A DNA stretch of 64,000 bases, taken from positions 26,536,001-26,600,000 of the forward strand of contig NC_091474.1 of NCBI RefSeq assembly GCF_036971445.1, read 5' to 3'. Source of the stretch: Narcine bancroftii (Eukaryota). The notes beneath the pieces are model-generated. The model saw only the letters and a list, made by a program, of their open reading frames with translations. It was not told the origin of the DNA and made no database searches. Position numbers and translations under genes: made by a program. Each line of letters starts with the position of its first letter. Position 1 is the first letter of the stretch. Positions 38,331 through 50,680 of this stretch are shown piece by piece.

Positions 38331-38499
38331 CAAGTTCTCCTTGTGAGAACTTGCAATCTATAAGTAATAAAGCTTTTTCTAAATTGGGTTAATTACTGAG
38401 TTTCTTGTTATTCAGAACTCCATTGTTAAATCACACAAGTGGAAATGTATCCCTTTTGAACCCATTAATATACTTAAGGATATCTGTTAGCTCACCCAT

Positions 38500-39200
38500 G
38501 AATGAGTAATGAGTTATTGTCACACATATTCATCTGAACAGGTACTTCATTTAAAAATTAACGTAATAAGTACAAAAGATCATAAATATTCACAATTACC
38601 AAAGTGCAGATAGTTATTATTTTTGGTGTCGTAGTTTATTTAGCGTAGGGGGATGAGACTAATAGGTATTGGAAGGAACTGTCCTTGAATCTGAAAGTGC
38701 TGGACTATTGGTGTCTGTACCTTCTGCTTAAAGGTAGCAGTGAGTAGAGGCATCCAGGGTGATGGGAGTCCTTTATGATGTTGGTTGCTTCTTTTGGGCA
38801 ATGCCTCACATAGGCATTTTTAGTGGATTGGAGGTTGGAACCTTTGATGGACCTGGCTATGTTTGCTACCTTCTGTGTTCCTGGGCACTCAAATGACCAA
38901 ACCAGCCTGTGATGCAACCAGTCCATATACTTTCTACAGTGCACCTGCAGAAGTTTGTTTCGACAACATACGAAATCTCCGTGGATAGCTTAGATAGTGC
39001 TGGCATTGGCATCCCTTCTTCATGGTTGCCTCAATGTGCTGGCTCCAGGAGAGATCTTCAGAGAAATGCTTTTACAGCAACTTGCAGCTACTAACCCTCT
39101 CCCTCTCTGTCCCATCAATGTCTACAGGTGTGTGGTCCCTCTTCTCCTTCTTTAAGTTTAATAAGCTCCATGGTGATGTGGAGAGCAAGATTATTCTGGC
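38500..39200 (-). mobile_element. Rex1/Babar LINE fragment
   Basis: ORF 38705 includes IIKDSHHPG..YSLLPLSRRYR (Rex1 C-terminus); tattgtcac tail. Confidence 0.75.
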
Positions 39201-39744
39201 CCCACCCAACTAGATTCTCGATCTACATTCTGACATAATTTCCACTTGTTTGGTCAACAATGCTCTTCAAGCTTTCCTCATTTCCACACAATCTGAACTG
39301 GGCGTTGTCCATGTGACATGCAAATCTTACTCTTTCTTCTCAAATCCTTCCATATACTTCTCTCTTCCCCTCGTCACCCTTATGGAGATTTGAACTGTAC
39401 ATTGCACAAGGTGAGGAAAATATTTGAGAGTTATTCACATGGTGAGTCTGGAGTCACATATAGGCCAGACCAGCTAAAAGAGGACAGGCCTATGACCTCC
39501 CTGAAGGTCATCAGTAAGGCAGATGGATATTACAGCTCTCCGGTAGTTTATTAATCACTGTAGGTATGACTGGCTTTTTCCCTTCATGATCTAGTTAAAT
39601 TGAATTTAAATCATCAGCTACATTAATGAGTTTCAAACTTGCACTCATAATTGTTTTGAAGATCATGGGAAGGAGAAAACAAAAGAAGGTTTGAACTAAA
39701 GCTCAGATGTGGAGAGAAGACTGAGGATAGGAAAGAGCTTAAGA

Positions 39745-40030
39745 AATAGGAGCAGGAGTCGGCCGTCTGGCCCGTCGACCCTGCTCGGCCATTCAATGAG
39801 ATCACGACTGATCTGATAATGGGCTCATCTTCACCTACTTGCCTTTTCCCTACATCCCTTAGTTCCCCTGCTGTGTAGAAAACTGTCCAACCTTGTTTAA
39901 ATGTATTTACTGAGGTTGTCGCCACTGCTTCAATGGGCAGCAAATTCCACAGATTCACCACCCTCTGGGAAAAGCAGTTCCTCCTCATCCCTGTCCAAAA
40001 TTTACTACCCAAATCTTGTGACTGTCCCCT
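39745..40030 (-). mobile_element. CR1 LINE 3' end
   Basis: ORF 39623: RRNCFSQRVVNLWNLLP; taagaaatagg tail. Confidence 0.85.
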
Positions 40031-40413
40031 AAGGCAGAAATAGGAGCATTTACAAATAATTTTTTTGCAAACAATGGGCAAGTAACCATGTTGAATGGGA
40101 AGTCATCAAGCACAATTTAGCCACCACGTTTCCTTCCTTGGTTCGACGATAGCCTTCAGCATCTTGCTTCAAATGACCAAGCCAGATTCTGCTTGATGAC
40201 AATTATTGAAGCACCCTAAGGGTGGGGAGAGGGGTAGGGGTTGCTGTACTGTTGAGATGCAATGTAAATGGAAGCAGTGACAACCTTTGCCAGTGAAATC
40301 CTTCACCCAGACCAGCGTGAAATGTTTGCTGAAATAGCAGTTAGCTGCAAATGCGGAAACATTGGAGAGGGAGATTTGTGACAGTGAGTTCAGCTTTGCT
40401 TTTGTACTTGCAG

Positions 40414-40522
40414 GATGTCTCTGGTGCGCATGAAGCAGGAAGGTCGAGAGGGCAAGTATATGTGCAAGTATATTGTGCACTCCATGTGGGAGGACCTGGA
40501 GCAACGCGGTAAAGTAATGGGG
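40414..40522 (+). CDS. UQCC1: UQCC1 internal coding exon (109 nt)
   Basis: Acceptor tttgtacttgcAG, donor GTaagt at 40523. In phase: (W)MSLVRMKQEGREGKYMCKYIVHSMWEDLEQRGKVMG, versus human MCLVRMKQEGRSGKYMCRIIVHFMWEDVQQRGRVMG. The three exons total 240 nt with no stop codon. Flanking exons were not found in the window. Confidence 0.96.
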
Positions 40523-41059
40523 GTAAGTTAGCAATACTGTAACATCTGGAAGATTTTTCCTACTGATATTTAATGGGCATGTTAAAAAAAATCACAAGAT
40601 ACTGGAGATTACCCATTTCATGAGAACCAGTTGCCCCAGTGTATGATGAATCCAGGAAATATTTGACATAAGACATTGAGATAATTTGCTCCATGTTGGG
40701 AGCCCGTCCTGCAGGTTGGAAGTTTGTTTTGACCCATTGGAATGGGAGGCAGAATTGGCAAGCGATGAGAACTGTTTTCATATGATGAGCTGGACTGCAT
40801 TCATGCGAGCTTTCAAAAGGATAACCATCTGAAAAGTGGGAAGACTTTCTGGGCCACAGGACTGGGCGCAGTCAGGCAAGGGCAAACTGGAAAGAGTCAA
40901 TAGGGGCAAGGTGGACTGAATGGTTTCCTTGTGTGCTTCTATGATTTTGAGAAATGCTGAGTGCTCTAGTCGTTAGTCAACTGAACCCTGTGCTCCTCAA
41001 CTTCCGGCAAACCCGTTGTAAGTCAAAAAAAATTGTGTTGTATAGTGCCGATAGTAATG

Positions 41060-41855
41060 TACCAGTCCCCGCACTAATCTCACTGCCCCGCTCTCTTCCC
41101 ACAGCCACTTATCATTCCCAACACTCCTCCCACTGCCCAACAGCGCTGTATCAGGCCCCACACTGATCCCACTGCCTCGCTTTCTCCTGACAGCCCTGTA
41201 TCAGTCCTATACTAATTCCACTGCCCTGCTGTCTCCCAACAGCCCTGAATCACTCCCTACATGGACCCCACTGTCCCACTCACCCCTCGGCTCTTTATCA
41301 TTCCCAACACTGATTCCACTGTGCAACTCTCCCCCAACAGCTCTGCATCAGTGCTCACACTGATCCCACTACTTCACTCTTTCCCGACAGCGCTGCATCA
41401 GTCCCCACACTGATCCCGCTGCCCAGCCCTCTCCCAACAGCACTGTATCAGTCCTTACACTGATCCCATTGGGCAGCCCTCCCCTTACAGTGCTGTATTG
41501 GTCCCCACACTGATCCCACTGCCCCACTTTCTCCTGACAGTCCTGTATCAGTTCCCACAATGATCCCATTGGGCAACTCTCCCCTTACAGCACTGTATCA
41601 GTCCTCACACTGATCCCACTGCCCCACTCTCTCCCAACAGCCCTGTATCAGTCCCTACACTGATCCCATTGGGCAGCCCTCCCCTTACAGTGCTTTATCG
41701 GTCCCCACACTGATCCCACTGCCCCACTCTCTCCCAACAGCCCTGTATCAGTCCCTACACTGATCCCATTGGGCAACTCTCCCCTTGCAGCACTATATCA
41801 GTCCCCACACTGATCCCACTGCCCCACTCTCTCCCAACAGTGTTGCATCACTCCC
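41060..41855. repeat. Minisatellite with a 50-bp unit (~16 copies) and alternating A/B variants
   Basis: cactgatccca recurs every 50 bp (for example 41608, 41658, 41708, 41758, 41808). Units alternate between ctgcccc and ttgggca. Confidence 0.93.
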
Positions 41856-42084
41856 TTCAAGCTTTCTGACTGTACTAAAAGAAGTGATTGAACAAGGAGG
41901 CTACAAATAATTCACCTTATCGTAGAGGAATTATCAATGTTTAATGGAAAAATAAACAATGCTTGCTATTAACCTTACTTTAGCATATTACATGAAAGTA
42001 AATAACAACAGTCACATTATTGTACCATCGTAACTTCAAAAAATCATAAGTTGGAACCATCATAAGGAGGGATGCACCTTTTAA

Positions 42085-43337
42085 CAGTGGCAGATTTAGC
42101 ATTAGGCTGAGTAGGCTGAAGTCTAGCGCCCCAAAACTTAAGGGGGCCCGAGATACTTTAGTACTTTTGCATATATTATTTTCGTATCTGGAATATTACA
42201 AGTCTTCTTTCTTTGGCTTGGCTTCGCGGACGAAGATTTATGGAGGGGTAATGTCCACGTCAGCTGCAGGCTCGTTTGTGGCTGACAAGTCCGATGCGGG
42301 ATGGCAGACACGGTTGCAGCGGTTGCAAGAGAAAATTGGTTGGTTGGGGTTGGTTGTTGGGTTTTTCCTCCTTTGCCTTTCGTCAGTGAGGTGGGCTCTG
42401 CGGTCTTCTTCCAAGGAGGTTGCTGCCCGCCGAACTGTGAGGCGCCAAGATGCACGGTTTGAGGCGATATCAGCCCACTGGCGGTGGTCAATGTGGCAGG
42501 CACCAAGAGATTTCTTTAGGCAGTCCTTGTACCTCTTTGGTGCACCTCTGTCTCGGTGGCCAGTGGAGAGCTCGCCATAGAACACGATCTTGGGAAGGCA
42601 ATGGTCCTCCATTCTGGAGACGTGACCTACCCAGCGCAGTTGGATCTTCAGCAGCGTGGATTCGATGCTGTCGGCCTCTGCCATCTCGAGTACTTCGATG
42701 TTGGTGATGAAGTCGCTCCAATGAATGTTGAGGATGGAGCGGAGACAATGCTATTTTGTTATCTAAATTAGGTTCCATACACATAAACACTTAGAAGTAA
42801 ACAGGTAATGCTTTTAGGGAGTTTGTACTGCAGCCGCGACTCCCCGCAAGATTGTGTTTACCTTGCCCGTAACTCCAGTCACTGTGATTGTAGTGCAAAA
42901 AAACGAATGTTCTGGAGCAGGTCATGCAGCATCTCTATGGGCTCAGTTTAGTGTTTCACACTTACTGAACAGGTGAAGCCAGTGAGTGTGGGCCAGGCTT
43001 GGCACTGCATCACTGACTGTGATGCACGTGGTGGTTTGAGTTGGCTACGGCATAAAGATTTGTGGCGTGTGTGAGGAGGGGGGTCTCTGAAATACCGGTG
43101 TCCAGCCTGTCACCTGCAGTAGTAAGTGATCAACATGAGGGGTACGTGGCCGGTGGTGTAAGACCAGAGGCCAATACTACTTAATGAAAGGCCAGTAGCG
43201 AGTGGCGCCTGGATGTCCAAGCCCTTGCTGGGAGCGAGGGGTGCAGGGCGTAGCTCGGGCCCATGGCGGGGCAAGGCTGGGGGTGGGGGCCTTACTAAAG
43301 CTCAGCCTAGGGGTGGGTGGTAGTTAATCCACCACTG
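42085..43337. mobile_element. Non-autonomous hAT element with nested RTE and Penelope fragments
   Basis: TIRs cagtggcagattta / ttaatccaccactg; subterminal taggctgag / ctcagccta; 8-bp flanks ccttttaa and gctgttaa (6/8 identical). Confidence 0.7.
42203..42748 (-). mobile_element. RTE LINE 3' fragment, older subfamily
   Basis: ORF 42238 (IESTLLKIQLRWVGHVSRM...) carries indels relative to the young copies. Confidence 0.92.
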
Positions 43338-43477
43338 GCTGTTAACCCCAAATAATTCTGAAAGTCAGGAAAATATTGATGCTGCAGATCTGAATTGAAT
43401 GTTCTGGAAATGATCAGCATATGTGGAAATAGAAATATTGTGGGTAGAAGACCCTTCTTTAGAAAGAAGGAAAATAA

Positions 43478-43710
43478 GGGCGGCATAGTTAGCACATCCT
43501 ATTACAGAGCCAGCGACTGGGTTCAAATCTGGCTCTGTCTTTAAGGAGTTTGTATGTTCTCTCCATTCTGTGTATTTCCTCTGGGTGCTCAGGTTTCCTC
43601 CCACTGTTCAAATGCGTACAGGGGTTGTAGGTTAATTAAGGTATTTGGGTGGCATGGGCTCGTGGGCTGGAAGGGCTTGTTACAGTGCTGTATGTCTAAA
43701 TTTTAAAATT
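43478..43710 (+). mobile_element. HE1/V-SINE-like SINE, near full length
   Basis: gggcggcatagttagc head, gggttcaaatc B box, V-domain, tail tgctgtatgtctaaa. Confidence 0.85.
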
Positions 43711-43809
43711 TGTCAGTTTTAAGTGGCAGAGGACTGGGGGACAGGATGGAGAAAAGGGATATTTTGGATAGGGTGTGTCCAGAGTTCTTATGGTAGAAGA
43801 GTGAGAGAG

Positions 43810-44813
43810 ACCTACTCTTTGCAGACGATGCCGCTTTAGTTGCCCATTCAGAGCCAGCTCTTCAGCGCTTGACGTCCTGTTTTGCGGAAACTGCCAAAAT
43901 GTTTGCCTGGAAGTCAGCCTGAAGAAAACTGAGGTCCTCCATCAGCCAGCTCCCCACCATGTCTAACAGCCCCCCCACATCTCCATCGGGCATACAAAAC
44001 TCAAAACGGTCAACCAGTTTACCTATCTCGGCTGCACCATTTCATCAGATGCAAGGATCGACAACGAGATAGACAACAGACTCGCCAAGGCAAATAGCGC
44101 CTTTGGAAGACTACACAAAAGAGTCTGGAAAAACAACCAACTGAAAAACCTCACAAAGATAAGCGTATACAGAGCCGTTGTCATACCCACACTCCTGTTC
44201 GGCTCCGAATCTTGGGTCCTCTACCGGCATCACCTACGGCTCCTAGAACGCTTCCACCAGCGTTGTCTCCGCTCCATCCTCAACATTCATTGGAGCGCTT
44301 TCATCCCTAACGTCGAAGTACTCGAGATGGCAGAGGTCGACAGCATCGAGTCCACACTGCTGAAGATCCAGCTGCGCTGGGTGGGTCACGTCTCCAGAGT
44401 GGAGGACCATCGCCTTCCCAAGATCGTGTTCTATGGCGAGCTCTCCACTGGCCACCGTGACAGAGGTGCACCAAAGAAAAGGTACAAGGACTGCCTAAAA
44501 AAATCTCTTGGTGCCTGCCACATTGACCACCGCCAGTGGGCTGATATCGCCTCAAACTGTGCATCTTGGCGCCTCACAGTTTGACGGGCAGCAACCTCCT
44601 TTGAAGAAGACCGCAGAGCCCACCTCACTGACAAAAGGCAAAGGAGGAAAAACCCAACACCCAACCCCAACCAACCAATTTTCCCCTGCAACCGCTGCAA
44701 CTGTGTCTGCCTGTCCCGCATCGGACTTGTCAGCCACAAACGAGCCTGCAGCTGACGTGGACATTTACCCCCTCCATAAATCTTCGTCCGCGAAGCCAAG
44801 CCAAAGAAGAAAG
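43810..44813 (+). mobile_element. RTE LINE, 5'-truncated, older subfamily
   Basis: Starts at LLFADDAALVAHSE (RT catalytic motif). Contains a frameshift and stops; ends gaagccaagccaaagaagaaaga. Confidence 0.93.
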
Positions 44814-45077
44814 ATGTTGGAACCATCCAAGAAGCCACAGTTGGATCAGTTAGAGTGGGAGTGAGCTGGAAAATTAAAATGGGAGCTCAAACCTCTAGCT
44901 GGACCTTGCAAACTGAACGACAGTGCTCCACCATACAGTGGACACGTTACACAAGGAGCACCAAATGCAGTACAGAACATTGGAAAAAGAATAGCAGTGA
45001 GTTGCAACACCTCAAGGACTATCGGCTCCCTGGAAGGTGCAAAGGAATCAAAAAAGAACAGCTATTGCATTAACACA

Positions 45078-45388
45078 TGTGAGAATAGGTTCGACGGGTT
45101 CAAAGATTAAAAGTTCTGGATTGTATTAGTAGAAAATGTTGATTTTTATTTACATGTGGGGAATTTGCATCACGGTGTACGCACACACTCACATCTCCTC
45201 CCCTCCCCCCCAAGCTGTGTTCACAAATCACGCACATCGGACACTGGTTAAAGATACTCACAACTCTTGATAGAACGCTAGGGATATGCAACAATACCTA
45301 CCACCAGTCTACAATACACAGTCACCATATACTACTTGACAGAGGAACAGTAGTCTAATTACAACTATAACAGGTGTATATCTCACCA
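45078..45388 (-). mobile_element. LTR with adjacent polypurine-tract-like sequence; degenerate LTR-retrotransposon remnant may extend to ~46400
   Basis: tgtgagaata...tatatctcacca termini, tttatt (polyA signal on -), followed directly by tagcccccacc (PPT-like on -). Confidence 0.45.
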
Positions 45389-46540
45389 TAGCCCCCACCC
45401 TGTACAGGCATTCACTGCACAACTGGTCTGTGACTCATAACCTGGATCGGATCCTTCACTGTCGCTCTTCCAGAATTGCTTGTGGCCCACTCAAGGATGA
45501 CTCAAGGGAACAAGAGAGTGATCTGCTCCATGTGGTGGGCTTTATGCTGCAGCTGGCTAGAGGGGCCATCCCAGGTGTGGCCACCTGACCTAGGCAAACC
45601 AATTACATGACAGTCTTACCTCTGGGTGGATCTAACCTTGACTGACATGAGGAAATGATTTTTCTCCTGCCTCCTTCACGGCTGGTCAGATGACCATCCA
45701 GGAGCAAGCACATAGAAATTCCTTTGTGTGGATCAGTTTCCCCATCCAACCTGTTGGATAATCCTCCAGATAGCAACATAGGAAATTGCCCTGAAGGGAG
45801 AGTGGTTTTGGAGATATAGGAGCTGAGACCAGGCAGGGGAGGAGAAAATATGACTTTTAGTGGCAACTTATTGTCAGTTAATAGTGAAGGACAATCAAGT
45901 GAATGTGGAGGTTGGTGGGACAGAAGTTGAGGACCAGGCTCTGTCATGGGAATAAGGGACACCTTGTAGCCATCAGTGTTCCTACAGGGGATTTGGCACC
46001 ATGTTCCACAGCTGCTGGGTCAGTGATCTAGTTATTCTTCTGTCCAATTCAGTCCCATGAACTCCATCGTTCACCATCGCAAGCATTAACTCAAAGGTAA
46101 CAATTTCTTTTCAGCCCATTGTCGGTACACAACTCTGCAGAATGTAAACACATCTGCTTCACTCATTTAGCTTCTGGGGTGAAGTAGAACATTCCCAAAT
46201 GATGTAGTACAGGTGAATGAAAGGGAGGTTTGCTTCCAAATTTGTTGATGGGGCCTAGGCTGCCAGATTCCGAGCACCAAAAAGCACAAGGATCGACAAC
46301 ATTGACACTAAAAAAAAAAAGGTGCCTTGTTAAAATTACCAATCACATCAAACTTTGAGCAGTAAAGTCGATGATTGAATGATGCTCTGTACTGATGAAA
46401 ATTCAATGCTCGGTTGAAACATTAGATCAGTGTTGTTAAGCAAGTTGGTTTATGTGAAATGGCACTTGATCACACGACTTTATGTACCCTAAAATCCCCT
46501 GTGTAAGTCTTTGGGGTGAAACACAAAAGTCTGCAGCCAC

Positions 46541-46734
46541 TATCGAATGAATAAAAGCTCTCATGACTGGATGGAGAACAAACGCTTTTATTAGTTTATA
46601 ACTAAGGGTAGGGTTTCTCAGTAGTCTTCAGAAGGGCTCTGGGTTTAGGTAGAAAACCAAGGTTATATGTGAGCAGATGGGGGCAGAGTCAGGCATCAGC
46701 ACCACACCCTACCAGTGAATCCTAGTTCACTGCA
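46541..46734 (-). mobile_element. Short solo-LTR-like insertion inside a Penelope fold-back element (46516-46900)
   Basis: Interrupts aagtctgcagccac|...|tactgtgattgtag. Has ttttatt (polyA signal on -) and a ...ttcactgca terminus; cact/tact flanks. Confidence 0.5.
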
Positions 46735-47094
46735 TACTGTGATTGTAGGAAAAACAGATGCTGGAGGAGCCCAGCAGGTCTTGAAACATCCATGGAGGTA
46801 AAGATATATAACCGAAGTTTCAGTCTTTAAAAAATTTATATAACTTTATCTCCTATTGGCACTGCCATGATTGCTGAATTCCTCCAGCATTTCTGAGACT
46901 ATGAGTTAACATATGTAAATAAAAATTAAAATTTTCCCCGATAAATTTCAGTGAAGAAATTAAAATCCATTCAAGTTCTGCATCTCCATTTATTCTATAA
47001 ATAGTAAACAGGGCTATGTTTTATAATCTCACTGTTTCAAGTAAAGTGTAGTAAAAATTTGAAAATTAAACATTAAATTCTGACTAAGCTTAAT

Positions 47095-47765
47095 TTAAGT
47101 CAAGTTAATTGTCATCTGATTGCACAAGTACAACCTGGCGAAACAGTGTTCTCCGGTCCTCAGTGCAAAACCTGCAGACACACTGCCAGACATAACACAC
47201 ATATAAACAAACAATATATATGCAAGACAAATGTTCATTTACAGAAATAAATAAATATTGTTTGATGAATATGAAAGTATTGGATGGTTATTGTGAACAG
47301 TTCCTTTGGTCGTTCAGCATTCTCGCTGCCCGTGAGAAGAACCTGTTCCTTCTGGCTCTGATCTGAAACTCCTGTATCTCTTACCCGATAGGAGTAGCTG
47401 AAAGATGCTGTGCGCAGGCAAGAAGGGGTCCTCAATGATTTTGTGCACCCTCTTCCAACAATGATCCTGGGAGATCACATCTATGGGGGGAGGGGGGGCG
47501 GGCGGGGTGGGGGAGGTGGAGGAGACTCCAGTGGACTTATGGATTGACCTCCGATCCACTTCTCTGCAGCAATAATACCGCCAGCCAGGACGCTCTCAAT
47601 TGAGCTCCTGTAGTAGGTTGACACAATGATGGCCAGTACCCTTGCCCGCTTCAGTCTTGTCAGGAAATGTAGTCACTGTTGTGCCTTCCTGACAAGTGAG
47701 GAGATGTTGCGTGTCCACCATAGGTCACTAGTTAAATGAACTCCAAGGAACTTGGTGCTCTCCGC
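47095..47765 (-). mobile_element. Rex1/Babar LINE 3' fragment
   Basis: Reverse complement of about 22400-23075; HKIIEDPFLPAHSIFQLLLSGKRYRS. Confidence 0.85.
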
Positions 47766-49617
47766 TATGAATTATTAGACAGAGACACAGGGGTGCTAAC
47801 TTCACACAAATTCTTTTTAAGTTTGCTTGGAGGAGCATCCGGAAATTGATATGTTCTGTCATCCTTTTAGTATCATAATTTTTTAAAATCATGGTCTCTT
47901 TCGTAATTCGCAACTCCTTCCTATGTTTTGTGTATGTAACACAGTCTCTGAACTTGGTAGTTTTGTCAATGTGATTATTCACGATCTCTGAGAGCCATTC
48001 AGAGCGCCAGTTTTATCACATAATTGCATTAAGCATTTTGTTACAAACTTCAAATTCCTTGTAGGATTTTGCACATTCCTTCTGGTTAAGGATATCTTAA
48101 TTTATCAAGAGCTATGCCACAGGGGTGAGGGCTGCAGAACTTCAAATAGCTTTTTGATTGCGTGAGAGTGTCATTAACATTAATCTGTGAACACTATTTG
48201 GTGATGATCGTTGCCTGACAGCCGCCTCTTGGTGTGAAAGGTTTGCACTCATTCCAATATATTTTGGAATGATATCAAACAGTAATCACCTAAGGTGCTT
48301 GTATTTAAACACAATTTTTTATGCTCCATTTCAATGACACTTCAGTCCTGAGATGAAACTTCTGCATTGTGGGTTTTTAAATTTTCATAATGGTTGCGTG
48401 TACCAAATACTGGTGTGGGCAGAGGGGGTGTCACATTTCTTAGTCTGATTGTTCAATGGAAGCACAAAGGAGCTTGCAGAATTGGGAGCAATAAATGTGC
48501 CTGAAGAACTCGTCAGGTCGAGCAGTGTGAGTGGGAGAAAATCAGTGGGTATGATATAATGCCTCAAACTTTGTTTACCTTTGGATCATTTTCTAATTTT
48601 CTTTTGAAAGTCACTATTCAGGTAGCATGTCAGAATGTAAAGGTAAAAGCCCTCTTTCTGGTGGCCCTTGTACTTTAGCTCTGTGTTCCCTGGTTACTGA
48701 TCATTCTGGAAGCATTTTGGAATTCTCAGAGCATTGGGAGGAAATCCGATGTCAGAGTTCATTTGTATTGCATATAAATCCACCCCAATTCATCTTGCCC
48801 TCTTGATCTAAGCTCCTGTTCCTCCCACCCTCATTTGTTCAGTAAGGTTCCCCTTGATAACATCTTTACATGTGAATTCCACCCTTTGGAAGGAAGGTGT
48901 TTCTTCCTTGCCATTTTGGACTATGGTTTGGGGTTTACCCTATAAGATAACTATGTGATCTTTAGTCCAAATTTGGCTGTCACTAGAACAAGTGGTCTTG
49001 TTAGCATCCTTTGGCAAGGTTTGTTGTATGCCATAACTGCTTTGACAAACAGTTGACTAGCTGGGTGAGTGCAAACTCTGAAAGCTCAGTTTCTATTGGA
49101 AGCAGTTCCACAAAGTTACTTCCCAAATGTTGCAATTTTTAATTTGGCAACCCATTAAGTAGGAGTCGTAAAAGTATTCACAAGAAGATAGGCCCCTCAA
49201 GCCTTCCTCAACATTCAATGTGATTTTGGCTCAACCTTTCCATGCCAGTTCCCCATACCCCTCAATTCCTTGATCTTTCAACTATTTACATATCTATCTT
49301 AAATATATCTAATGATGTGGCCACATCACACTCGTGGGGCATATAATTCCAGGGATTCACGACCCTCTGTCAGAAAAAAATTCTTCCCACCTCATTTTTA
49401 AGTGAGCTGTCCTTTATTTTGTAACTAAATATTTTGTGACTGCTCCCAGTCATGGAACTATTACAATATCTACCTTGTCAAGCAAGCCCCCTCAAGATCT
49501 TGTAAATCTGAACTCCAGGACGTACAAATCCAAATTGTCTCATTTGATTTATCATTTCCTCTGTTAGTCTCTTGTGTCCTTTTCATTTTCTATCCTAAAT
49601 TTGCTGGTTAGCTGATA

Positions 49618-50032
49618 CAGGTAAATAACCTGTTATTTGGAATTCTGAAAACCGAAACCTACGAAAACCAAACATTTTTTCTATGAATGTTGTCTGCATT
49701 GCAAAGCTTGAATTTGGCACAAAAGATAACCCAATGCGGCCCTTCCCCCCCACCAGTGCTGTGACTTAGAGCTAGTAATTTTATGGTCTATTTTTATCTC
49801 ACTTCATTTACCTCTCCCCCCAAGTCTAGCGCGGCCGCAAACCCCCTCCTCCCACCACCCAACCCCCCTGTCCAGACTCCCTTCTAGTTGGAGTGTGTCT
49901 TTGTTTTGCATGTATCTGAAATCAGCCCAATTTCTTAACGTACTGCAGTTATTATTATTCTATTATCTGAAAAATTCCTATTTCCGAAAAGTGTCTGGTC
50001 CCAAGGGTTTCAAATAAAAAATTATGTAAATG
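49618..50032. mobile_element. Tigger-type MITE related to 37568-38199
   Basis: ta|caggtaaataacctgttat left end; right end tccgaaaagtgtctggtcccaaggg is the reverse complement of the gggaccaga subterminal motif. Confidence 0.55.
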
Positions 50033-50071
50033 TATTAGTCAAGATATCTCCTCTGTGTAATTTTCATAGAG

Positions 50072-50221
50072 CAGTGGTGGTCAACCTTTTTTACCACTCA
50101 CATACCAACTTAAGTAATCCCCTACTGACCCACAAAGAACCTATGACATCCAATGCCATAGATGTGTGGATAGTAAGAGACTACTTATGTGTAGGGTTAA
50201 AAAAAAGGTTGAGAACCACTG
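50072..50221. mobile_element. hAT-type MITE, single unit related to 2559-2900
   Basis: TIRs cagtggtggtcaacctt / aaggttgagaaccactg; shared cactcacatacca..ttaagtaatccc. Confidence 0.7.
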
Positions 50222-50346
50222 CCTTTGTGTAATGCAGTTCCAGAGCAGGAAAACAGGTCTTTTAGCCCATGCTGTCCATGACAACCAAGCTATTACCATT
50301 TCCCTGCATTCTGCCCATATCCTTATAAACCTTTCCTATCCAGGTA

Positions 50347-50680
50347 CAGTGAGAAGTCCAAACGATGCCATAAATCTGGACTACCTGAGGATCTGGACTT
50401 TTCAAAAACTCTCAAACTTTTTCAATTTATCATGGCATTTGTGTGTGTGCATAAGTGCCACAGATGCACAGTTGCAACAAGTGACCGCTTTATTTTTCTT
50501 TAAAACTGCTCAGTTTGAAAAATAGTGTGCTGTATTTTCTAATGAATAATCGAACAAAATTGACCTGTTCATCTCTTCTTTATTACTCCTTAAATTTGAA
50601 TTTTAAAAGTACTGCCCGAGAATCTGGAAAATCCAGACCGACCCAATCCCCGAGCAGCCCAGATTTTTGAACTTATACTA
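50347..50680. mobile_element. Tc1/mariner-type MITE inserted in a CR1 3' fragment (50230-50960)
   Basis: ta|cagtgagaagtcc ... gaacttatacta|ta with inverted aaatctgg/ccagattt subterminal motifs; CR1 sequence resumes afterwards. Confidence 0.5.

Noticed and set aside
41060-41855. Regularly spaced repeats as a CRISPR array
   Set aside because: The whole 50-bp unit is repeated, there are no unique spacers or cas genes, and the context is a vertebrate intron.
43478-43550. tRNA gene
   Set aside because: The A/B-box-like head continues into the V-domain and LINE-like tail, so it is a SINE; no complete cloverleaf.
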